Source: Alphaproteobacteria bacterium (GTDB lineage: Bacteria > Pseudomonadota > Alphaproteobacteria > GCA-2731375). Taken from it: DNA of 24,000 bases. Below the pieces are notes generated by a model, which saw only the letters and a program-made list of their open reading frames with translations, searched no databases and was not told the origin of the DNA. This document shows, piece by piece, positions 8,695 to 15,704 of the stretch (the stretch's first letter is position 1; each line of letters starts with the position of its first letter). The stretch is taken from positions 1 to 24,000 of the forward strand of contig JAKZRK010000280.1 in assembly GCA_047518225.1 (NCBI GenBank). The letters are read 5' to 3'. The translations under genes were made by a program, and so were the position numbers.

Positions 8695-9515
8695 ATGCCA
8701 ACATCGGGGGCCCATACGGATTTCACCAATGCCATGAGCTATGGCGATTACCTGCGGCTGGATGATCTGCTGGCGGCGCAACAGCCCCGCTCCGGCCAGC
8801 ATGACGAGATGTTGTTCATCATCATCCACCAAGCTTCGGAATTATGGATGAAACTAGTGCTGCACGAATTGCGCGCCGCCGTCGGGGAAATCCAAGCTGA
8901 CCAGCTGCGTCCGGCCTTCAAGATGCTGGCCCGGGTGTCGGGCATTCAGGAGCAGTTGATCCAGTCATGGGATGTGCTGTCCACCATGACGCCGGCGGAT
9001 TACCTGACTTTCCGCGATGCCTTGGGCCAGTCGTCGGGCTTTCAATCCCAGCAGTACCGCGGCATCGAATTCATGTTGGGCAACAAAAACGCCGAGATGC
9101 TGCGCCCCTTTGCCCATCGTCCTGATCTGCATGATCCTTTGCAGGCCATATTGGCGGCGCCCAGCCTGTATGACGTAAAACCCTGGCGCTATTGTCGAAA
9201 CGGGGCCTGGCGGTGCCCAAGAACCGCCTGAAACGGGATTGGCGGCAGCCCTATGTAGCCTCCGAGGGAGTGCAGGCGGTTTGGGGACAGGTCTATTCCG
9301 ATACCGCGCAATATTGGGATCTATATGAATTGGCCGAAAAACTGGTGGATCTGGAAGACCGGTTTCAGCAATGGCGTTTTCGCCATGTGACCACGGTTGA
9401 ACGCATCATCGGGCAAAAACGGGGCACGGGCGGCACCGAGGGTGTCGGATATTTGCGGAAAGCTTTGGAGATCCGGTTTTTTCCAGAGCTGTGGCAGGTG
9501 CGCACGGCGCTATAA
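8695..9515 (+). pseudogene. kynA: Tryptophan 2,3-dioxygenase split into two ORFs by a frameshift (8695..9231 and 9192..9515)
   Basis: The N-terminal part has [40 protein letters not shown] and APSLYD. The C-terminal part is in the -1 frame and has [31 protein letters not shown] and FFPELW. Together they are colinear with bacterial TDO as I recall the Xanthomonas enzyme. The frame switch must lie between TGA 9171-9173 (a stop in the downstream frame) and about 9185, at GTAAAACCC. Confidence 0.9.
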
Positions 9516-9537
9516 TCAGCGGCAACCATTTCCGGGC

Positions 9538-9556
9538 GGAATTGGCGGCCCCAATT
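9538..9556. terminator. Weak hairpin between the convergent kynA and enoyl-CoA hydratase genes
   Basis: GAATTGG (9538-9544) pairs with CCAATTC (9550-9556) around a 5-nt loop, CGGCC. There is no flanking T tract and the stem is AT-rich, so this is only a tentative bidirectional terminator. Confidence 0.2.
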
Positions 9557-9562
9557 CAACGC

Positions 9563-10321
9563 TCACTTTGCCGGCCAATGGGCGGTTCGTTTTTCGATGA
9601 ATGCGCGGGCGCCTTCCTTGCGGTCCTGGGAGTTCATCACCCGGGTTTGAACCTCGCCGGTGATGCCGTCAATATCGCCATAATCGAGGGAGCTGCCGCG
9701 CACCATCAATTCCTTCATGCCCTGCACGGCGACGGGGCTGAGTTCGCAAATCCTGTTGGCCGCCCTTTCCGCCTCGGCCATGAGCTGATCCGCCGGCACG
9801 ATCTTGTTGATCATGCCCACATCATAGGCCCGTTCGGCGCTGATCCGCTCGGCGAACAGCAACACCTCCGCCGCGATGGCCCAGGGCATGAGCTTGGGGA
9901 ACCAGGCGGCGGGAATGGTGGCGATGCCCCATTGCGGCTCCGGCAGCCAGAAGGTGACGTCCGGGGAGGCGATGCGGTAATCGGCGTCCAGGGCGATCCA
10001 CATACCGTAGCCGACCACGTGGCTGTGCAGGGCGGCGATGATCGGCTTGTAGACCTTTTGGGTCTGGCTGATATCGGGAAAGTCTCCCGTGTATCGGTAG
10101 CTCTCGGGCGCCCCGCCCGACAAATCGGCGCCGGCGGAGAAGCACCGGCCATTGCCCGACAGGATCGCCACCCGCAGTTCGCCATCGTCGCGAAAATCCG
10201 CCCAGACCCGCGCCAGCTCGTCATGCAGCGCGGCATTCATGGCATTCAGCTTGTCGGGCCGGTTCAGGGTGACATAGGCGATGGCGCCCTTTTTCTCGTA
10301 CTCGATGGTGGTCAGTTTCAT
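9563..10321 (-). CDS. Enoyl-CoA hydratase/isomerase (crotonase) family protein
   Basis: The protein reads MKLTTIEYEKKGAIAYVTLNRPDKLNAMN and has the oxyanion-hole motif RCFSAGADL. I trimmed the 442-aa ORF to ATG 10321, which has GGAGGAA 8 nt upstream. Confidence 0.88.
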   Translation of the reverse strand: MKLTTIEYEKKGAIAYVTLNRPDKLNAMNAALHDELARVWADFRDDGELRVAILSGNGRCFSAGADLSGGAPESYRYTGDFPDISQTQKVYKPIIAALHSHVVGYGMWIALDADYRIASPDVTFWLPEPQWGIATIPAAWFPKLMPWAIAAEVLLFAERISAERAYDVGMINKIVPADQLMAEAERAANRICELSPVAVQGMKELMVRGSSLDYGDIDGITGEVQTRVMNSQDRKEGARAFIEKRTAHWPAK

Positions 10322-10347
10322 TTTATGTTTCCTCCGATGATACCGGA

Positions 10348-10980
10348 TTATTGTTGGTTTGGCGGCCAATCCCCGGCGAAAGGCCGCGCCAGGGCCCTTT
10401 CCACCAATTCCAGGCGGTCTTGGCCGTAGAACATATCGCCGTCCACGAAATAGGTAGGGGAGCCGAACACCGAGCGTTGGATCGCCTCCTCGGTGTTTCG
10501 CGCGTAGATGGCCCGGGTTTCCGGCGACAGCGCGGCGGCGAGCAAGGGCGCCGGGTCGATGCCGGCTTCGCCACCCAGGCGGGCCAGGGTCGGGCCATCG
10601 GCCAGATCCGCATCGTCCCGCCAGTGCGCCTGTAACAGGCAATGGGCCAGTTGATCGATGTTGATGCCTAGTTGCATGGCCGCGATCAGCATGCCGTTGG
10701 ACAGAGTGACATCGTTGCCGTGATGGGTGGGGATACCCACCATCACCGGGGCGCCGCGCATTTCCGCCCAACGCACGATCTCGCGGCCGGAAAAATACGC
10801 CCGCCGTTCCGGTGTCAGCCCGTTGGTCGGCCCCGGACCAGTCACCGCCACCACCCGGCGCAAATCCATTGGCCTGTGCACGATACCGCAACCCGCCGCG
10901 TCCGCGATTTCCATCAAACGGGCCGAACCCAGATAGGCATAGGCCGAATGCGCGGAATAGAAATACTCAATATGGGCCAT
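10348..10980 (-). CDS. 2-hydroxychromene-2-carboxylate isomerase / DsbA-like thioredoxin-fold protein (kappa-GST-like)
   Basis: The N-terminus IEYFYSAHSAYAYLG has SxxS in place of the DsbA CxxC, and FGSPTYFVDGDMFYGQDRL lies near the C-terminus. I trimmed the 353-aa ORF to ATG 10980, which has GGGGAGG upstream. Confidence 0.8.
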   Translation of the reverse strand: MAHIEYFYSAHSAYAYLGSARLMEIADAAGCGIVHRPMDLRRVVAVTGPGPTNGLTPERRAYFSGREIVRWAEMRGAPVMVGIPTHHGNDVTLSNGMLIAAMQLGINIDQLAHCLLQAHWRDDADLADGPTLARLGGEAGIDPAPLLAAALSPETRAIYARNTEEAIQRSVFGSPTYFVDGDMFYGQDRLELVERALARPFAGDWPPNQQ

Positions 10981-11110
10981 TATGCCTCCCCAAGGGCGGA
11001 CCATATCATTGCCGGCACGGCTTTTCCAAATTACGGAGAATTCCAGCCAGCCCGTCATGGCCGCCTTCTGCTTCGGGGTTATCTCTGCTAAATTCCCCCG
11101 ACTGATATTG

Positions 11111-11155
11111 CCGCCGCCACGCCAGGGCGCTTTGGTCTTGGCAGCGGCGGATTTT
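11111..11155 (+). promoter_or_regulatory. GC-rich hairpin plus ATTTT in the leader of the long plus-strand operon (possible attenuator)
   Basis: CCGCCGCCA (11111-11119) can pair with TGGCAGCGGCGG (11139-11150), leaving a CA bulge. ATTTTG follows immediately, and then come the SD GAGGAGAG and ATG 11171. Confidence 0.25.
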
Positions 11156-11170
11156 GCGAGGAGAGTGTTG

Positions 11171-11912
11171 ATGACTGAACTGGTCCTGCGGGCGGACGCT
11201 GACGGGGTGGCGACGTTGACCCTGAACCGGCCGGAAGCGTTGAATGCCTTGAGCCCGGATTTGTTTGTCGAACTGCGCGGCCATGTGGAAAGCATCGCGC
11301 GCGAAGTGGACGATGTGGGCTGTGTGGTGTTGCGCGGCGCGGGGCGGTCTTTTTTGCGCCGGCAATGATTTGAAGTCGATCCAGGCCGGAGCGGAGGCGC
11401 CCTCCCCAACCTATCAGGCCGATACCATCGACATGATCGAAAACCTGCCCCAACCCGTGATCGCCGAGATCCGGGGCCATTGCTATACGGGCGGCCTGGA
11501 ACTGGCCCTGGCCTGCGATCTGCTGGTCGCCTCCACCACCGCCAAGTTTTCCGATACCCACGGCAAATGGGGCATGACGCCGCGCTGGGGCATGAGCCAG
11601 CGCCTGCCCCGGCGGATCGGGCCGCTGAAGGCCAAGGAAATGAGTTTTACCGCCCGCGCCTACAGCGGCGCCGAGGCGGCGGCCTTTGGCCTGGCCAACC
11701 AATGCGTGGAGGATGGCGAACTGGAAGCCGTGGTGAAAAAAATGGCGGCCGACATCGTGGGCAATTCCTGGCACTCCCTGCGCGGCAACAAGATGCTGTA
11801 TAACCGCGGCCAGGATTACACCTTTCACGACGGCCTGGCATTCGAGATGGCGGAAAGCCCCGGCCGCGGCCCCGATATCGAAGAGCGCCTGAAGGCTTTC
11901 GCCAAAAATTGA
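11171..11912 (+). pseudogene. Enoyl-CoA hydratase/isomerase family gene interrupted by a +1 frameshift in a T6 run
   Basis: The N-terminal part, MTELVLRADADGVATLTLNRPEALNAL...VVLRGAGRSF, ends at TGA 11366-11368. The rest, CAGNDLK...GHCYTGGLELALACD...FHDGLAFE, continues in the +1 frame to 11912. Removing one T from TCTTTTTTGC (T run 11350-11355) restores the canonical motif GAGRSFCAGNDL. Confidence 0.85.
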
Positions 11913-11923
11913 GGAAGACCGTC

Positions 11924-13336
11924 ATGTCCCAGCCGATCTGGCAATGGAGCGCCATGGATACCGCCGCTGGCATCCGAGCCGGTAAAATCACGGCCCAGGA
12001 AGCCGTCGATGCCGCCATTCAGCGCATGGCGGATACCAACGCGACCGTCAACGCAGTGACCGTTGATCTGTCCGAGGAGGCCATGGCGGCCGCCAGGGAG
12101 GCCGATGGCGTTGTCGAAAGCGGCGTGGCCCTGGGGCCGCTGCACGGCGTGCCTGTCACCATCAAGGAAAATGTCGATCAGGTGGGGCAGGCCACCACCA
12201 ACGGCGTGCCCGGCTATGCCGATGTGGTGGCGAAAGAGGACTCGCCCGTGGTCGCCAATCTGCGCCGGGCCGGCGCCATCGTCATCGGGCGCACCAATAC
12301 GCCGGAATTCAGCCTGCGCTGGTTCACCGACAATCCCCTGCGCGGCCTAACCAGGAACCCCTGGAACCACGGCGTTACCCCCGGCGGCTCGTCAGGCGGC
12401 GCGGCGGCGGCTTGTGCGCTTGGCATGGGCGCCATCGCCCACGGCAACGATCTGGGCGGATCCCTACGCTATCCCGCCTATGCCTGTGGTCTGGCCACGA
12501 TCCGCCCCTCTCTGGGACGGGTGCCCGCCTATAACCCGACAGCCGCCGAAGAACGGCCGCCGATCCTGCAATTGATGTCCGTGCAGGGGCCCATTGCGCG
12601 GGAAGTCCGCGATGTGCGCCTGGCCCTGGGAGCCATGGCGCAACATGATGCCCGCGACCCCTGGTGGGTGCCCGCGCCCCTAGACGGCCCCCGCCTGGAT
12701 CCCCCGATCAAGGTGGCGGTGACCAAGACGCCCGCCGGCATCGCCTGTCATGGGGCGGTGGCCACGGCGATAGATCAGGCCGCCGGCCACCTTGCCGATG
12801 CCGGCTATGCGGTGGCGGCGGTGAACCCGCCCCTGGTGGCGGAGATCGCTGAAAACTGGCGCACCTTGCTGATGACGGACACCAAGGTGATGATGGAAGC
12901 CAGTATCCGCGAACATGGTTCCCGGGATATCAATCAGGTCATCGATGACTATCTGGCCGCCTCCAACCCCCGCGACGGCGAGGGCTATATTCGCGCCCTG
13001 GCCGACCGCACCCGTCTGTTGCGGGCCTGGAGCGTGTTCATGGAGGATTATCCCCTGGTACTGGCCCCGGTCAGCCAGGTACCCCCCTTCCCGCAAGGAG
13101 AAGACCTGAAAGGCACGGCGCGGGTCAGGCAGATGCTGGACGAACAAAGTATGCTGTATGGTGTGAACGCTTTGGGCCTGCCCGCCGCCGCCGTCCCCAC
13201 AGGATTGCACGATGGCCTGCCCATGGGGGTGCAAATCATCGGCCCGCGTCTGCGGGAAGATCTATGCCTGGACGCGGCCGAGGCGGTGGAGCGCGCCACG
13301 GGCATCCTGGCGCAACAACTATGGAGCCGGACATGA
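11924..13336 (+). CDS. Amidase-signature (AS) family amidase
   Basis: The ORF has GPLHGVPVTIKENVD (catalytic Lys region), GGSSGGAAAA and the Gly/Ser-rich AS signature. ATG 11924 is preceded by GAGGAAG. Confidence 0.9.
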   Translation: MSQPIWQWSAMDTAAGIRAGKITAQEAVDAAIQRMADTNATVNAVTVDLSEEAMAAAREADGVVESGVALGPLHGVPVTIKENVDQVGQATTNGVPGYADVVAKEDSPVVANLRRAGAIVIGRTNTPEFSLRWFTDNPLRGLTRNPWNHGVTPGGSSGGAAAACALGMGAIAHGNDLGGSLRYPAYACGLATIRPSLGRVPAYNPTAAEERPPILQLMSVQGPIAREVRDVRLALGAMAQHDARDPWWVPAPLDGPRLDPPIKVAVTKTPAGIACHGAVATAIDQAAGHLADAGYAVAAVNPPLVAEIAENWRTLLMTDTKVMMEASIREHGSRDINQVIDDYLAASNPRDGEGYIRALADRTRLLRAWSVFMEDYPLVLAPVSQVPPFPQGEDLKGTARVRQMLDEQSMLYGVNALGLPAAAVPTGLHDGLPMGVQIIGPRLREDLCLDAAEAVERATGILAQQLWSRT

Positions 13337-13842
13337 GTACTGGATGGCCGGAAGAAATATACGGCCTGCTGCGTGAGAATGGCATCGACCAGATGGCCTA
13401 TGTGCCCGACGCGGGCCACGACCATCTGATCAAACGCTCGATCGCGGACCCCGAGGTGCATGCCATCGCCCTGACCACCGAGGAGGAAGGCGTCGGCCTG
13501 CTGGCGGGCGCCCATTTGGGCGGCGGCCGCGGCGTGTTGCTGATGCAAAGCAGCGGCGTGGGCAACTGCATCAACCTCTTGTCCCTGATCAGGGCGGGAC
13601 GTTTTCCCTTCCTGACCCTGATCTCCATGCGCGGCGATTTCGGCGAGGGCAACCCCTGGCAAATTCCCATGGGGCAATCGACCCAGCCGGTGCTGGAAGC
13701 CTGTGATGTGACCTGTCTGCGGATCGACGATCCGGCGGAGGTTACCTCCACCATCGGCGCGGCCATTACCATGGCCTTTCAAAACGAAATGCCGATCGCT
13801 GTCCTACTGGGGCAGAAGTTGATCGGCGCCAAGATATTTTAG
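13333..13842 (+). CDS. ThDP-dependent decarboxylase, alpha (PYR-domain) subunit; sulfopyruvate/phosphonopyruvate decarboxylase-like (ComD-like)
   Basis: The 169-aa protein has VPDAGHDHL, TTEEEGVGLLAGAHLGG, LLMQSSGVGNCINLL and ISMRGDFGE, matching the N-terminal pyrimidine-binding half of ComD/Ppd-type enzymes. The ATG overlaps the amidase stop (ATGA, 13333-13336). Confidence 0.8.
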   Translation: MSTGWPEEIYGLLRENGIDQMAYVPDAGHDHLIKRSIADPEVHAIALTTEEEGVGLLAGAHLGGGRGVLLMQSSGVGNCINLLSLIRAGRFPFLTLISMRGDFGEGNPWQIPMGQSTQPVLEACDVTCLRIDDPAEVTSTIGAAITMAFQNEMPIAVLLGQKLIGAKIF

Positions 13843-13851
13843 AGGTGAAGT

Positions 13852-14475
13852 TTGGCAAATCCGAATGAAGGCGGCCGTGCGGCCGGCAAGACGGCGACCG
13901 GGCATCTGGACCGGCGCGCCGCGGTCAAGACCCTGTTGGATATGCAAGGCGATGTCCTGATCGTGGCCGGCCTGGCCGGGGCCAAGGGTGACGTGGTGGC
14001 GGCCGTGGGCGACGACCCGCGGGTTTTCGGCTTTGCCGGGGCCATGGGCGCGGCGGCGTCCATGGGCCTGGGCCTGGCCCTGGCGCAGCCCGACAAACGG
14101 GTCATCGTGGTCACGGGCGATGGCGAATTGCTCATGAACGTGGGAACCCTGGCCACCATCGCGGTGGCTAATCCGGCCAATCTGGGCATTATTTGCGTCG
14201 ATAACGAGCATTACGGCGAGACCGGCTTTCAACGCAGCCACACGGGCCTGGGAACGGATCTTGCGACCATGGCCCAGGGCGGCGGCATCGGCGCGGTGCG
14301 CACGGTGCGCGAGACGGCCGAACTGGAGGATGCGGGCGAGATGCTGCGCAACAGCAACGGCGCCGCCTTTGTCCTCTTGAAGGTCGCCGTGGACGATCCA
14401 CCCAAGATCAGGACCTCCTGGGATGCGGCCTTTCACAAAAACCGTTTCCGACAGGCCCTGCTGGGACATCCATGA
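13852..14475 (+). CDS. ThDP-dependent decarboxylase, beta (PP-domain) subunit; ComE-like
   Basis: The ThDP-binding motif GDGELLMNVGTLATIAVANPANLGIICVDNEHYG (GDG...N) is present. A TTG start at 13852 is inferred from AGAGGTGAAG just upstream and from conserved sequence that begins before the first in-frame ATG. Confidence 0.78.
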   Translation: MANPNEGGRAAGKTATGHLDRRAAVKTLLDMQGDVLIVAGLAGAKGDVVAAVGDDPRVFGFAGAMGAAASMGLGLALAQPDKRVIVVTGDGELLMNVGTLATIAVANPANLGIICVDNEHYGETGFQRSHTGLGTDLATMAQGGGIGAVRTVRETAELEDAGEMLRNSNGAAFVLLKVAVDDPPKIRTSWDAAFHKNRFRQALLGHP

Positions 14476-15695
14476 CCGCAGGGTTTCCGCCAAAACCTAA
14501 ACTGGCGGCCCGCATGAGCCGTTTCCAACCTTCCGCCTCCCAGGCGGCGGCGCAACAGGCGCGGGATCTGGCGGCGGCGGGCCGGGACATTATTTCCCTG
14601 ACCGCCGGAGAGCCGGACTTCCCCACGCCCGATCACGTCAAGCGGGCGGCCATGGCCGCCATGGGCCGGGAGGAGACGAAATATACCAACCGCGACGGCA
14701 GCCCGGAGATGAAGGCGGCGGTGATCGAAAAATTTCGCCGCGACAATGACCTGGACTATCGACCCGATCAGATCATCGCCTCGACCGGGGCCAAACAGGT
14801 CATCTTCAATGCCCTGATGGCCACGGTGGAAAGTGGCGGCGAGGTTATCGTGCCCGCGCCCCATTGGCTGTCCTATCCGGACATGGTGCGGCTGGTGGGC
14901 GGCGAAGCCGTCATCGTCCCCTGCCCGGCGGAGCGGCAATTCAAACTGCAACCCAGTGACCTGGAGGCCGCCATCACGCCCGCCACGCGCTGGTTGATCT
15001 TCAATGCGCCGGGCAATCCCGCCGGCGCGGTCTATAGCGCCGGCGAGATTGGTGACCTGGCGGATGTGCTGATCCGCCGCCCCTGGGTCGGCATCATCAG
15101 CGACGATATCTACGAGCATCTGCGCTATGACGGCCTGCCCTTCGTCACCTTGGCCCAACATTCCGACGATCTTCATGACCGCACCCTGTGCGTCAATGGT
15201 GTTTCAAAAGCCTATGCCATGACCGGCTGGCGCCTGGGCTATGGCGCGGGGCCAGCCAACTTGATTAAGGCCATGGCCGATGTGCAGGGCCAGTCCACGG
15301 CCTGTCCATCTTCCATCTCTCAGGCCGCCGCAATCGCGGCCCTGACGGGCGGGCAGGAACTATTGGCGGAACGGGCTGCCATCATGCAGGCACGGCGCGA
15401 CCTGATTTGCGGTTTGCTCAACGATTGTCCGGGCCTGCGCTGCCACCCACCGGGCGGGGCGATGTATATTTTCTGCTCCTGCGCCGGTCTGATCGGGGCC
15501 CGGACCCCGGACGTCGGGCGCATCGAAAGCGACGGCGATTTTACCGCCTATTTGCTTGCCGCCGGCGTCGCCGTGGTGCCCGGCGCCGCCTATGGCCTGT
15601 CGCCCTATATTCGGATTTCCTTTGCCCTGCCCGAAGCCGAATTGACCGCCGCCGCCGCCCGCATTCGCGCCGCCTGTGAAAACCTCAAAGTGTGA
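14472..15695 (+). CDS. Class I/II PLP-dependent aminotransferase (aspartate aminotransferase-like)
   Basis: The ORF has LTAGEPDFPTP, NAPGNPAG and the PLP-lysine motif NGVSKAYAMTGWRLGY. The ATG overlaps the upstream stop (ATGA, 14472-14475). Confidence 0.9.
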   Translation: MTAGFPPKPKLAARMSRFQPSASQAAAQQARDLAAAGRDIISLTAGEPDFPTPDHVKRAAMAAMGREETKYTNRDGSPEMKAAVIEKFRRDNDLDYRPDQIIASTGAKQVIFNALMATVESGGEVIVPAPHWLSYPDMVRLVGGEAVIVPCPAERQFKLQPSDLEAAITPATRWLIFNAPGNPAGAVYSAGEIGDLADVLIRRPWVGIISDDIYEHLRYDGLPFVTLAQHSDDLHDRTLCVNGVSKAYAMTGWRLGYGAGPANLIKAMADVQGQSTACPSSISQAAAIAALTGGQELLAERAAIMQARRDLICGLLNDCPGLRCHPPGGAMYIFCSCAGLIGARTPDVGRIESDGDFTAYLLAAGVAVVPGAAYGLSPYIRISFALPEAELTAAAARIRAACENLKV

Positions 15696-15704
15696 GCGTT
15701 TAAG

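Noticed and set aside
9175-9183. Programmed -1 ribosomal frameshifting at A-AAA-C as the explanation for the split kynA.
   Set aside because: Only a single-tRNA slip site is present, not a full X-XXY-YYZ heptamer. I see no convincing downstream stimulatory structure, and TDO is not known to be recoded. A second homopolymer indel nearby makes a mutation or sequencing error more parsimonious. The idea is kept only as a minor alternative in the finding.
10322-10891. Long N-terminal extensions of the crotonase ORF (9563-10891) and, likewise, of the isomerase ORF (10348-11409), the cytochrome ORF (5461-5979) and the amidase ORF (19472-).
   Set aside because: The extensions are Arg/Pro/Gly-rich and overlap the neighbouring genes. 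The conserved domain in each case begins at an internal ATG preceded by a good SD (10321, 10980, 5877, 19592).
11057-11170. An in-frame upstream ATG (MAAFCFGVIS...) that would extend the frameshifted crotonase by 38 aa.
   Set aside because: The extension has no crotonase similarity, and the family N-terminus aligns with MTELVL at 11171. That ATG has a strong GAGGAGAG SD, and the extension would run through the leader hairpin.
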